Counted from the first letter of the stretch, positions 12,114-25,963 are shown. The stretch: DNA of 64,000 bases from Octopus sinensis (GCF_006345805.1 NC_043006.1:55614001-55678000); one strand, 5' to 3'. Notes: generated by a model from the letters alone, not told the origin. Numbers and translations are program-made.

Positions 12114-12778
12114 CCTGCCTTTTATATATACAGATTCAGTTTCTGCAAACTGCATTTGTCTTTGCACAAAAGAAAACTTACGCCAAATCCTTTGAGAACG
12201 CTATTAGAACTCAATTTATATAAGTAAGTAAGTACACCGTTTACTCTTGTTTTTCTTGCTATTATTTCCTTTCCCTCTGTCTCAACATTAAATTGTCCGC
12301 GATTATCTAAATTTTTACTTTTTCCCAATGGTCTCTCTCTATGATAATTTCTAGAATTCTTCGCTTAAACTCTTGCTCTGCCTACGCGAGTGTGTCAATT
12401 TGTATACATTGGACTGCATATCCATTCTGAATTATTGATCGCGTATAATTGAACTGTAATTAAAGTCACATAAGTGCTTAGTATTTCTGTGTATAAACAT
12501 GTTTGTGCTTCTGGGTTTTGTCTTCCGTGCTTTTATATATACCATCTTGAATCTCTGTTTCTCCCTGTCTTTCCTATCTTTGGTTTTACTTATAACATTT
12601 CGAAGCTTCGATGTTTTGATCTCACCCTATACCGATAACTATATATTCTTTACTAATTTAACATAGTTCATTCTTTTATGTACTTGTATTTTTCAATCAC
12701 AACAACCAATCAGAGTTTCTTCCTGCCAATTAGCATTCACCTTAAGTACTACATAAACGGTTGTACAATAATTATAAA

Positions 12779-14940
12779 CTAGCTGAACCCTGAAAAAATT
12801 CACGGAAAATTTAAATATCGTCCAATGAATAGTTATTATTTAATCAAAATTGTTTAATTTGGCCTATTTTGGTTAATGAAAAATTCTACCATCATTTATG
12901 TTATATTTATTAATAATATAAGTATATATTAAGTTATTGTGTGTGAAAGTATATGTTAAATACATCCGTTACAGCATTTCCCTACGTACAATGTTTCTAG
13001 CGTAGGTGATTCCCTTTCTGCAACCATGAGTGGAGTCGTTTTGAGGTATTACTTTAACCCTCACACTGTTCATCGCTCCTGCTCTTGAAAAAGCAACGTA
13101 AAGCTGGCCATGAGTGAAGCATGGCTGTGGCAAGTGGTATGCCGACTCTATTCGAGTGTTTGCTCCTTTATTGATTGTCATAGAATAAGACAGACGAACC
13201 GGGAACTGGGTCCGATGCAGAATAAATGGAATGTTTGCATCATTTGGAGTAAGTTTGCTTCTTGGAACCAGTACTCTCGTGTGAGAATGAGATCCACTTA
13301 TAATTGACGCTTCGATGCTATCTCGTGGAGCTGAAGTAGTTCCAAGCGAGTTCCGTTTCATATACCTTGCATTATAGAGGGGTTTCTAAGAAGCATAATA
13401 ACTGCTCCAACATTTAAGTTAAGGTGATGGGGAGGCATTCCAGAAGGTGTAAGAGAGTTTATAAACTCCATGGGATAATTCTGGGCTCCTTCTTCATTAT
13501 CAGAAGTTACTGAGTCGGTGCTTAGATATGTTTTAGTTTCAGTGGGCAATCTACTTAGAATTTCTTCATTTACTACTAAGCAGTCCGAATTTATAGGAGA
13601 TAAGATCACTCTACTTTTCATTTCTTCTGCTGTACAATTGTCAAATATATCAGATACCAAAGAATTATTACATATGTATGCTTCATGAATATCAATAGTA
13701 TCTTCTGCAAGATTATCACTAGAACTTTAAAGAAATCCACTTCCAAGTTGTAGTAGCCACCTCGAAAAATCTTATTCATTTGTATTTGTTCTCATGTTTT
13801 GTGTTGAAAATTATCCCATATAGAGGGGCGCATGAGGCAGACATAAAGTACAATCGTAGGAGGACCTCTCGAATCAACTGGAAGAGCTTAGGCACATGGC
13901 CTAGTGGTTAGAGCAGCGGACTCGCGGCCGAGGGATCGCGGGTTCAAATCTTAGACTAGGCGATGTGTGTTTTGTTTTTTTAATAAAGAAATTTTATCTA
14001 AAATCTCTTAGTACGATAATATTCCCACCAAATATACTATTACTATTCATAGTATCTCTTTAAAAATTATCTATAGCTTTCAAAGCATAAACTGGTATCA
14101 CTGAAACTTCGTCAATAATGAAGACTTTTACTCGCCTAAGAATGCTTCCTTAATCAGAATTTGGTCGAACATTGTACACACTTGTTTTACTCAAAGGACC
14201 TAGAAGCTTGAATATACTGTGAAGAGTTTTACCACTTTCAAGTGTTGCAGCAATGCCAGTCCAGGTAGCTGTACTTATTGTTATATTGTTAGCTGTAAGG
14301 TGATCGTAAATCATATTGAACAAAAAAGTTTTCCTGATCCACCTATTATTAATTTGTTCTCCTCTAACAACTGAAAATGCAGCATCAATCACGCAACTAA
14401 ATGCTTCTTTTGTTCAATGTTCAATACATTTGGATTTACGATTCGTTGTTCTGTATTATTTTCATTTCTAGGGGGCTATCTGACCGGTTCTGGAAGGCCC
14501 TACGTGCTACAATATATACCAAATATGGCATTCATCAAATGAAGAACAATATTTTCAGCCGAGGTGTTGTCATTTCTTAGCAAAAGATCTTCAATCATGA
14601 ATTCTTTGTTTTCATTCCACAGTTGCAAAGCATTGACGGGTTGATTGAAGAGGTAAATCATAGCAAACATTTTTAGAAGATGCCGAGGCATTTTATATGT
14701 TGCTGCTTCTGTCAAAGTGTCATGTAGTTCATTATCATTATCAAGAAGTTTCAATGTAACACACGCCTCTTTGAAAGTCTCAAATTCTTCACCTTCTACA
14801 GTTCTTAAATGATCGAAAGAAGCGGCGCCAGGGATATGCAGAAGTAGCATCCCCAAATAAAATTTCTCTGCATTACGTGGACTTGCTGAATGCATTCTGG
14901 TTGCAAACATATAGATTACAGCTTGATGATGTTAGTGAGA
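12779..14940 (-). mobile_element. Decayed Helitron (Rep/PIF1 helicase fragments) with recognisable 3' terminus
   Basis: QFPVRLSYSMTINK, FTHGQLYVAFSR, SGMPPHHLNLNVGAVIMLLRN, TGIAATL...TLHSIFKL and FYLGMLLLHIPGAASFDHLRTV. The minus strand ends CCGTGAATTTTTTCAGGG (hairpin)-TTCAG-CTAG followed by T at 12778. Confidence 0.88.
13891..13975 (+). mobile_element. SINE 5' head inserted in the Helitron
   Basis: A box TGGCCTAGTGGTT and B box GGTTCAAATC, without a complete cloverleaf. Confidence 0.6.
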
Positions 14941-15081
14941 CAATTTATAATTCACTATCAACTTTCAAAGGAAACGAAAGATGCTAGAATGTATATTTGT
15001 ATACAGTCATTTTTCTGTTTTGCTAGCATTTTAGTATATTAATATTATATTGTATAATCAAGGCGATGAGCTAGCAGAATG

Positions 15082-15410
15082 GTTTGACTGCGGCCATGCT
15101 GGGGCACCGCCTTGAAGAGTTTTAGTCAAACAAATCGACTCGAGGACTTATCATGTTTTTAAGTTTAGTACTTACTTTCTCGGTCTCTCTTGCCGAAACG
15201 CTAAGTTACAGGGACGTAAACACACCACCACAAATTGTCAAGCGGTGGTCACACACACACACACATACACACACACACACACACATTATATGTATATATA
15301 CGACGGTTTTTTTTCAGCTTCCCTCAACCAAATTCACTCACAAGAATTTGGTTGTCCCGAGACTATATTAGAAGACGACCAAGATGCTACGCAGTGGGAC
15401 TGAACACGCA
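15082..15410 (-). mobile_element. SINE family A, diverged
   Basis: TTTGACTGCGGCCATGCTGG tail, internal (CA)n and GCAGTGGGACTGAAC head. Confidence 0.75.
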
Positions 15411-15415
15411 AAAAA

Positions 15416-15563
15416 TACAGGTAAAATTCATTTGATTAGATTCCATACAATTTCCGTTCGCCGAATTTCATTCACAAGGCGTTGGTCGACTCGAGACAAG
15501 TAAAAGACACTTGCCCAATATCATAGAAGGGGGTCGAAACCAGGATCCTGAGATTAACATATA

Positions 15564-15631
<68 letters not shown>

Positions 15632-16916
15632 GAGGGGCGTTCAATAAGTAATGCCCCTGACCCACTTCCCATAGCAGCAGAGCAACGAAACTTGGCACAG
15701 CTATTAGTCTTTTTCTACATAGGAACCACCCAGAGTTACGCATTTCTCCCATTGCTTGATGCAGCTCTGGAGACCGTTTTTGTAGAAGACCCCAGCTTGG
15801 TCCTCCAACCTGAACGTGACTTCAGAAATCAAGGCTGCATCATCTGGGAAACGCTTCCCTTTCAAAAACAACTTCATGACTGGGAAGAGGTAAAAATCAG
15901 AGGGTGCAAGGTCAGGAAAGTAGGGGGATGGGGAGGAGTTCATAGCCATACGCCTGTGCTTCTAATCTGGCGACAAGCGAGTTGTGGACCGGAGCGTTGT
16001 CCTGCAGGAGGAGGATGCCTTTGCTGATCTTGCCCCGCCTCTTGATTTTGATAGCTTCTCTTAATTTCCTCAAAAGTGAAGCATAATAGGCTCCTGCAAT
16101 TGTGGTACCCTTTGCCAGGAAATCTGTCATTACTACTCCGTCCTGGTCCCAGAAGACTGAGCATGACCTTGCCAGCGGAGGGCTGCACCCTTGCCTTCTT
16201 TGGAGGGGGTGAGTCACGGTGCTTCCACTGCATTGACTGGGCTTTGGTCTCTGGATCATCGTGATGGACCCAGGTTTCATCCTGTGTAATCAGTCTTTTG
16301 AAAAATTTTGACTCATCTTCTTGGCACATCTCCAAATTCACCCTCGAGCACTCGACGCGTTCTTGCTTCTGGAAAGGCGTGAGCAACCTGGGAATCCATC
16401 CGGCAGACACCTTTTGCATATGCAAATGGTCATGAATGATAGTTTCCACAGACCCGGTACTAGTCTTGACCTCATGGGCTATTTGGCGAATAATTATGCG
16501 TCGATCTTCCAAAATGGCAGCCTCAACTTGACGGACAGATGCCTCATCAATGGCAGAAGGGGTGACCAGATTTGGGAGCTGTTTCCACAGAGTTCCGACC
16601 ATGTTTGAATTCACGATGCCAGCGTTTTACAAGGTCATATGATGGGGCATCATCACCATAAGTTACTTTCATTTCATCAAATGTCTCCCGTGGTGTGCGT
16701 CCTTTCAAATACAAAAACCGGATCACTGCTCGACATTCAACAGGCTCCATTTCACACTTGACTCGGTTCAAACACCTGTAAATCAGAAACCACAATTAAT
16801 TCAGAGCTGTAATTTGCCACTTACTCTATAGAGATATGAATAATTGCACATGCAAAATTTCAGCTAGATCAAACAACTGCAAATGGGTGAGAGGCATTAC
16901 TTATTGAACGTCCCTC

Positions 16917-16995
<79 letters not shown>

Positions 16996-17141
16996 TATGT
17001 TAATCTCAGGATCCTGGTTTCGACCCCCTTCTATGATATTGGGCAAGTGTCTTTTACTTGTCTCGGGTCGACCAACGCCTTGTGAATGAAATTCGGCGAA
17101 CGGAAATTGTATGGAATCTAATCAAATGAATTTTACCTGTA
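15416..17141. repeat. About 155-bp inverted arms (15416-15570 and about 16985-17141) plus (TA)n, flanking the mariner
   Basis: The arms are a SINE-A-like fragment, reverse complementary with one substitution outside the TA tract and the same outer endpoint (TACAGGTAAAATTC). Confidence 0.9.
15631..16917 (-). mobile_element. Full-length mariner (DD34D), transposase broken by three frameshifts
   Basis: 27-bp TIRs CGAGGG(G/A)CGTTCAATAAGTAATGCC(C/T)C with TA on both sides. Four overlapping ORF pieces give an HTH, WIPRLL, QDETW, QDNAP and YFPDLAPSD, with 34 residues between D2 and D3. Confidence 0.95.
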
Positions 17142-18812
17142 ATTTCATAGTCCTTACTGTGTGACGCTGATTCTACCTGAGAATCATGTTATATCTGGAA
17201 TATTCACCAGCTTACATACTAACTCATTTAGCAAATAGTTCAGTTGTTTGAAACCGAGGGAGATCCGTGTGTGTGTGTTTTGTGTGTGTGTCTTTGTGTG
17301 TCTGTGTATGTGTGTGTGGGAGTATATTCGTATATGGGCAACATTCATTCTTTGTCAAACGTAAGTCTTAAAACCCCAAACTCTCTAATTAAATGCATTT
17401 AATTTGAACTCCTATTTAATATTCAGTAGTGACGTGTTTTGCGTTGAACACAAAAATTATACAAAATATAAGAACAAAAACACAATAAAAGAAGCTATAA
17501 AACACCAGAAGGAACAAATTAATGCGAGAGAAACAAATTTAGTTAATTAGTAAACGAATGCGATTTCTATTTTTTGCGGTAAACATCACAGAAAGAGAAA
17601 ACTTCTTTCTTTAAAAATTAAAACGAACTTATTTTTAAGAGAAATGACATTTTTTTATTGTTTCATCTGAACTGAAAGTACTAATCAAAAGGTGAATTTT
17701 TCCAATAAACTGAATGATAATATCTTTTCAAGTAGCATGTTAGTGGTGCCAACGTTTATATTATATCAAGAGAGTTACTACTTCTTCGTTACGATAGTTT
17801 GTCTATAGAATATCTAAGAAGTCTAAAATTCCTTAGTTGTAAAATACTGAAGTTTTGCAACAGGTTATACTGCAGTCAGAGATTTACTGGATGTTTCACA
17901 CAGTAACATACAGGGTTCAATAGATATCATCTACGCAGAAATTCACGGTGCTAAAACACCTAAATTTTCCTCAAATTACATCCTACTATTTTAAGAAAGG
18001 GAGGATACATTTGATTACGGAGTCATGCATACATTTTATCTGAATAAAAAATAGTTGGTCACGCTGAAAGTTCTTCGATTATAAATAGTCTCCATCCGAG
18101 ACACACAAGTGGAGGGCCGTATGTTTACATTGGGCAGACGGCTGATTTATTTAAAAATGACTATCGTAACCCTGTTGCCTGCTCTAAGAAAATCGGTAAG
18201 AGACATTTAACATCTTTGGCAGATTTTGTATGGCGACTGAAGGAGGATAAAATGAAGTACAGCATAAACTGGTCCATAGTAAGGTACGCGTAACCATACA
18301 ATACAATTTCTAGGAAATTCCGTCTCTGCTCTGAGGAATTCCTTTCTATTCTGTGCACTAATGAGAAGATCATTAATAGAATTTCTGAATGACTCTCGAG
18401 ATTCCTACACGCCTATAAATGTACTTTCGCACAATGCAGTGGGAATGAATTTTGAGTAACTGTTAAGATAATATAATATTCTTTAAGGTATGGATGATTT
18501 AAGTTTACTTTTAACCTCCCCATTCTTACAAACACCAAGTAGATAGCTAACTCTCTTTGTGACCATGACTGCACCAAACCTCACGTATGCGTATGCTGAC
18601 ATGTTTGCGTGTGCTTGTATGAGCGAGTGTACTCGCGCTATGCAGCTTACGCGAGGGCGTTTATACATCCATATTTGTTAACGGTTATTTTTAATACTTT
18701 TCTCGCTGGATTGTTTGTTCGCTCTGTTTTTGTCATCTGTGATTTTATTTTTGATCTTCTATATAAATGAATATATTTTATCCGCCTGGCTGCTTTTCTT
18801 TCTACAAAACGG

Positions 18813-20741
18813 GGTTAATATAGGGCGTAACAAATATCAGAAAATCAAAAAAAGAATGTGTGTAATAGGTGTAAAACAACTTCCTATGAACGAATATGAA
18901 AAAAAAATTTCGCGCACGCGAAAGGGGGGTGGGGGAGAGGCCTCGGAAAATTCACATCGGGAAGTTCCGAAAGCGTCTGAGGAGCTGACCCGGGCACCAA
19001 AACAAAAAAAAAATAGTGTAATATGTGTAAAACAACTTGCTCTAAACGAATATGACAAAAAAAATGCGCTCTTGCGAAAGAGGGGTGGGGGAGAGGCCTC
19101 GGAATATTTATATCGGGAATTTCCGAAAGCGTCTGAACCGGACACAAAAACAAAAACAAAAACAGCGTAATAGGTGTAAAACAACTTGCTCTAAACGACT
19201 ATCATGAAAACAATGCGCGCTCCCGAAAGGGGGGTGGGGGAGAGGCTTCGGAAATTTCACATCTTCAGTCCACGGCCTTTAAACTAAGAAAAAATAGTGT
19301 AATTGGTGTAAAACTACTTGTTCTAAACGAGTATCAAGAACACACACTCACACATGAATCATAAACTCCGTATTTCGCAAAAAAAAAAAAAATAAAGAGA
19401 AGAAATTCTGGAAAAAGTGAAGAAATGTTGGATCTCCGCCATGTGAATCAAAATACGTGTCAGAAACATCTTGAAATACTACAGAAATTATGTTACGAAA
19501 ATGATAATGTATACATACCTCTTTGAGTGGTCCATCGATAATGATGATAAAGAAATGAGTTGGATTTGAACTCAGAATATTGACTAACACAACTACATAC
19601 TACAAGACTCAAAATATTCAGCCAAGTCACCACCCTTTAACTAGCAATAATAATAACATCAATAACATAACAGCCAAAAGATTTATTTGTTCTGAAAATA
19701 ACAATCATAGTAAATAAATATGTTCTTTAATATTCACATTCATGTGCACAGTTAAACACACTTACATACAAACAGTCACGCATAATACAGAACGGAACAC
19801 ATAAATGAAGGATGCATTACTTAGTATATATTACATCTAGAGAATTTTGATTAATAAGTCAAATATGCAAATTATAAAGATAATTAATTGCTTTACTAAA
19901 CAGTGTTGTAAAGGTGAAAAAATAAATTTGGGAAAAAAATACACGCCAAAACTAATTAATAAAGGATAATTAGGGAAGGATTGACACAAAATAATAATTT
20001 TTTCTGTCTCTTTTTTTCTTATAAATGCATCTTAATAAGTGAGAAGAATTGCATATATCTGAACTATTTCAAAGAAAAGCATAAATTTAATGTTTAAAAT
20101 AGCTTTAACCAAGGAATGAGATCCAACATTTCTTCACTTTTTCCAGAATTTCTTCTCTTTATTTATTATTTTTTTGCGAAATACGGAGTTTATGATTCAT
20201 GTGTGAGTGTGTGTTCTTGATACTCGTTTAGAACAAGTAGTTTTACACCAATTACACTATTTTTTCTTAGTTTAAAGGCCGTGGACTGAAGATGTGAAAT
20301 TTCCGAAGCCTCTCCCCCACCCCCCTTTCGCGAGCGCGCATTTTTTTCATGATAGTCGTTTAGAGCAAGTTGTTTTACACCTATTACGCTGTTTTTGTTT
20401 TTGTTTTTGTGCCCGGTTCAGACGCTTTCGGAAATTCCCGATATAAATATTCCGAGGCCTCTCCCCCACCCCTCTTTCGCAAGAGCGCATTTTTTTTGTC
20501 ATATTCGTTTAGAGCAAGTTGTTTTACACATATTGCACTATTTTTTTTTTGTTTTGGTGCCCGGGTCAGCTCCTCAGACGCTTTCGGAACTTCCCGATGT
20601 GAATTTTCCGAGGCCTCTCCCCCACCCCCCTTTCGCGTGCGCGAAATTTTTTTTTCATATTCGTTCATAGGAAGTTGTTTTACACCTATTACACACATTT
20701 TTTTTTTTATTTTCTGATATTTGTTACGCCCTATATTAACC
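18813..20741. mobile_element. Foldback-like non-autonomous DNA transposon with 624-bp modular TIRs
   Basis: Arms 18813-19436 and 20118-20741, each with 3-4 sub-repeats of about 130-155 bp. Termini GGTTAATATAGGG. Flanking direct repeat CAAAACGG(G) at 18805 and 20742 (8-9 bp TSD). Confidence 0.88.
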
Positions 20742-22664
20742 CAAAACGGGAAGTTATATTGCGGAACAGTTATTTTAAGGAGTTTTATTCATTTATCACC
20801 CGACGAGATACATCTGCTCCACCGGATGCTCCCGAATTAGTTGTTGAATGTCCCACCTGTGAGGAATCGATACTAGATGCGTCGAAACATTTGTCATTCA
20901 TAATAAATTCTCGTATATTCCATCTTCCATCTTTTATTTGCTATATAAGAAGATTGGGGCTTAACATAAAATAAATTTTTGATTGTATGTTCTGGCTACT
21001 GATATATTCATGGATAATTTTGAATTGTCTACAATATATTCGCGTAATGTATTTTTACATTCATTCTTCTTATATACGCCCCTCCCCGCGTCCAATGGAT
21101 GGTGCTGAATCATATATCTGCTAAATAAAAAGCAATTAGTGTTTTGTTTTTATTAAAAAATAATTAAGCATGCCTTTATTTAAATAAAATTTTTGGTTTT
21201 GTTAAACGAAGTTAAATCAAAAACAAAAACTTCTTGAGAAACCAAATAGTTTTTCCTTCCTTCATGCCATGTTTGAAGAAAATATATCTTTTGCATCTTA
21301 CTTTTTGGTCTCTTAAATATACTGCATTTTGTGGCATTATTTCAAACCAGCCGTCTTTTTTGCGCAAACTGCACGTGCATTTTTCTCGCGTACACGTAGT
21401 ATCGATCCCAACAGCTGATGTATTTGCGAGTACAAATGCACGTTCCCACGGCTTTATCGATCACATTCTTACCTGGAATCGATTTTTGTAATTTTTTCAA
21501 GGCTTATACACACTCTTATACCGTCGGTATCTACATATCAAACTTGAGCGCAATCGGATGGAGGATGCTCGAGATCCTAGAAGACACACACACAGACAGA
21601 AAGAACGGATTTTATATAATAGATTGCCAGTCTATATTAACCATATTGGATGACGTGCATTGCTTTGTTATAGAATGCTTATACTTTGTATATTCTAAAC
21701 TATTCACTATGTAACAAACCCATTGCAAATAACTCCGGTCGAAAGCTTTATTATCGATCATACTAAGCATCAGGTAGGCATTTGAATTACAATAGCATTA
21801 CATATTGGATTTCGAACTACATAAGTATCAAAAGTTCTGTGAATTGTCAATAATAATTAAGTATAACCTAAGTATACCATTTTTGGTCTTTCTCGAGGTA
21901 GCTATTGTTTATCTTGAAGGAGATATGAAAATACATGTTTATACGATTGTTGAAGTTGTTAAGTAGAATACCAAGTTTGTAGTATTGATACACACAAACA
22001 CACGCACACACACACACACAGACACACACGCGCACACACACAGACACACAGACAGACGTACACACACAGACAAGGTATAAATTACGGTCATTACATATTT
22101 TTCTTTTATTAGCGTTAGTTTGGCTTATAGCTGTTTCCAGTAGTCATTATTGGTACGTTACTGATAGGCTTACTTGTTTTTTTTTTTATCAGTTGAGAAA
22201 ATTTGAACGACATGTTTGTGTGTGCTTGTATGAGCGAGAGTACTCGCGCTATGCAGCTTACGCGAGGGCATATATACATCCATATTTGTTAACGGTTAAC
22301 AAATTAATACTATACTCACCAGAGTCGCGAATGTTTCAAAATTTTCTTTGGTGATATCAGACTTTGTAGAATAGTTCAGAATAACTTCTAATATGAAGTT
22401 TTAATCTAATGAGGTTAATAAATTTGCTGGTTTCAGTAAGTCTTGTAGGAAAATAGCGGTTAGTTCGTTGTAGAGAAATATGTTGTTTTTCTTATATATC
22501 ACATTATATCTTTCGTGGAACTTTTCAGGTATATAAAGGATGATGACACTAACATAGGAAAATAATTTTAAAATTTCAATTGACTCAGTAAGCTCTATCA
22601 ATTTTCTACAAAGAAAATTAGTCTTAATAAAAATGTGATCACCAAATAACCCTTTTGGATATAG

Positions 22665-23052
22665 GCACAGGTGTGGATGTGTGGTATGAAGCTTGCTTCC
22701 CAACTGCATGGTTCTGGGTTTAGACCCACTAGATGGCACTTTGAGAAAGTATCTTCCAAGGCCTGGTGAGTGGATTTGGTAGATGAGAACTTAAAGAAGC
22801 CCGTCCTATATTCTTTTATTCTTTTACTTCTTTCAGTCATTTGACTGCAGTCATGCTGGAGCACCGCTTTAAAGGGTGTTAGTCGAAGAAATCGATCCCA
22901 GAACTTATTCTTTGTAAGCCTAGTACTTATTCAATGGGTCTCTGTTGCTGAACCGCTATGTTACGGGGACATAAACATACAGCATCGGTTGTCAAGCGAT
23001 GTCGGGGGGACAAACACAGACACACAAATACACACACGTATATATATATATG

Positions 23053-23112
<60 letters not shown>

Positions 23113-23250
23113 TACACGACGGGATTCTTCGAGTTTCTGTCTATCAAATCTACCCACAAGGCTATAGTAGAAGACACTTGCCGAAGATGCCACGCAGTGG
23201 GATTTAACACGGAAACATATGGTTGGGAAGCAAGCCTATTACCACACACA
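22665..23250. mobile_element. Two SINE family A copies: 5' half on + (22665-22805) and a full copy on - (22820-23250)
   Basis: Both align with 45150-45557. Confidence 0.75.
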
Positions 23251-23253
23251 AAG

Positions 23254-23358
<105 letters not shown>

Positions 23359-24260
23359 CGTGCGTGTGTGTGTGTGCGTGCGTGTGTGTGTGTGTGTGTG
23401 TGTTTGTCTCCCACTCGCTTGAAAACCGGTGTTGTTGCGTTTATATTCTCGCGATTCAGCAATAGAAACACAGAATAAGAACCAGACTTAAAATAATTAA
23501 AAAAAAAAATAATGTAATACAGGTGCCGATTCATTCGACTAAAAATTCATCAATGCGGCGCCCCAGCATGGCCGCAGTAAAAAATGACTGAAACAAGTGC
23601 ATGAAAAAAATATAAATACATACAAAATGTAGCAAACATTGTAATAGTAAATTCTAAGCAACTGAACAAACTAAACATACTAAAAAATTTCGAATTAAAT
23701 ACAATTGAGAGAGAGAGAGAGAGAAAGAGGGGAGAGAGAGTGAGAGGAAGAGGGAGAGAGAGAGAGAGAGAAAGAGGGGTGGGAGAGAGAAATAAACATC
23801 ACCATACAACATTTCGGCTGCTGGCAATCGTATTTGATTGGTATATGTATATAAACAATTCCACCGTGCACCAGTGTATTCATAAGCTCGGTGTTTGGCA
23901 TTGTTAGTCTGTTAAGTAATTTTGCAATTATATATTTGTGTATTCATTCTTCAAATATATATTTCTTATATATTTCCTCATGTGAGTGAACTACAAAAAC
24001 GGTCAGCATCTCGAATATCGATTATTTGCATGCTAGAATATTGAGAACTTGGAAAATTTGGATTTACAATGGAATAATTCTCTTCCGGTACTCCATATCA
24101 CAGATCTGGGTACATGTATGTATGTATGTATGTATGTATGTATGTATGTATGTATGTATGTATGTATGTATGTATTATGTATGTATGTCAGTACGTGTGT
24201 ATGTACGTATGTGTATGTATTATGTATGTATATATACATACATACACACACGCACGCACG

Positions 24261-24352
<92 letters not shown>

Positions 24353-25390
24353 CAGGATTGGACAAAATAATGGAAACTCCTTAAAATTTCAAACAAATTT
24401 ACTTTAATACGGGGGAGGACCATCTTCGGCAGTAATTACAGCTTGAATTCAGGAAGGTATGGACTCATAAAAACTTTGAATTATTGCCAAACGAATTTTT
24501 GTCCATTCTTCAGCTAAAATAGTCTCCAGTTCTTGTAGTGATAAAGGGGGAGGACATCTACTCTTTACTTGCTTTTCTAATAATATTGAGATCTATGAAA
24601 CGGCAGATTTCCCAGATATAGGCCTCCAGTTCATCACAGACCCTCCTCAATGTTTAACAGTTGGAACAAGGCAGTCTGAGTCAAATGATTTTTTTGGCTG
24701 TCGCTACATGTATACTCGATCGATGGTCGGAACTAAGGTAAAGGATGACGCATCCGAGAAAATAACCTTCTTCCACTAATCTAAGAACCAATTCTGTAGG
24801 TTTTTCCTCCACTCTAAATGATTTGCAATGTTTGTTTTTGAAAGTAGTGGTTTTCTGATTGCAGCCCTTCGTGAAATCCGGCTCTGTGTAGCTACCGGCG
24901 AACAGTTTTTGTGGAAACAGGGATTTTGAGGTTGTCAATAACCTCTGCAGTAATTTTGGGAGCTGTACTTTTGTGATCCTTTCTCACAATTCGAATAAGA
25001 ATCCGACGGTCTCTATCTGAAAGTTTTGATTTTCTTCCGGAGTTTTGTTTCAATGGGGACGTTTTTCCCTGTTTCTCAAAGATTGTCATTACTTTCGACA
25101 TGTACTTCTTGATAAACCAAACATTTCGGCTGTTTTCGTTACACTAGCGCCTGCCATACAAACACCATCGATTCGACCACTTTGAAAGTTCGATAGATCT
25201 TCATTTTAATGAATTTTAATTACCCTTTTCTGATGATATCTGAAAAGAAACAGCAAGTTTAGCAAAAGATATTACGCAACACTAATAATAAATCGAAAAA
25301 CATAAAAAGAAACAAGCTTTTGACGGTTTTATAGATATTTCCAAATTAGGATGCTATGATGCTAGGTGTTTCCATTATTTTGTCCAACCC

Positions 25391-25393
<3 letters not shown>
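24353..25393 (-). mobile_element. Internally deleted Tc1-like element
   Basis: TIRs CAGG(A/GG)TTGGACAAAATAATGGAAAC with TA flanks. Transposase remnant SGRKSKLSDRDRR...VSTKTVRR. Confidence 0.88.
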
Positions 25394-25471
<78 letters not shown>

Positions 25472-25478
<7 letters not shown>

Positions 25479-25640
25479 GTAAAAAGTGAAAAAACTACAG
25501 AAGGCTTAAAGGTTAAAAAATATATATTTGAGTCAATATGTCTGAAGAATATTGAAATTTTTTTTCTTACAATGACATAGTTTAGAAGAAAGACCGGTTT
25601 CGCGTTTAGCTTTTCAAATTTCTAACGTCGTTATGTTTAT
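25472..25640 (-). mobile_element. PLE 3' tail, same family as 7860-8022
   Basis: Reverse complement aligns with 7860-8020 and ends at (TA)n at the same position. Confidence 0.7.
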
Positions 25641-25732
25641 GTTGCTGTTCAACATATATATATTAATTTGATTAATATCAATTTAAAACCAGTGGCCTAG
25701 CATATTGAAAAATCTGAAGATTCAGATATAAT

Positions 25733-25963
25733 GATTAATCACAAACCCGGTTTCATTGTAACCACGTAAGTAATATTTACGTAAATGTTGGCAATTAATC
25801 AATGTGATCGTCATAGCAAAATATAATTTGCAGAACTATACTCAAGTCGTCCGTGTATAGTTCTGCAAATTATATTTTGCTATGACGATCACACTATTAA
25901 ATTGCCAACATTGACGTAAGTATTACGTATGTGGTAACAATGAAACCGGGTTTGTGATTAATC
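25733..25963. repeat. Hairpin or MITE-like inverted repeat with arms of about 109 bp and a 13-nt loop
   Basis: The inner part of the stem (about 37 bp) is perfect. The outer part has several mismatches. Confidence 0.85.

Noticed and set aside
13891-13975. tRNA gene
   Set aside because: Only A and B boxes are present, with no acceptor stem. It is a SINE head, as are the other tRNA-like segments.
20283-20305. CTGAAGATGTGAAA in the Foldback arm
   Set aside because: No stem II or III is possible. It is a variant of the sub-repeat.
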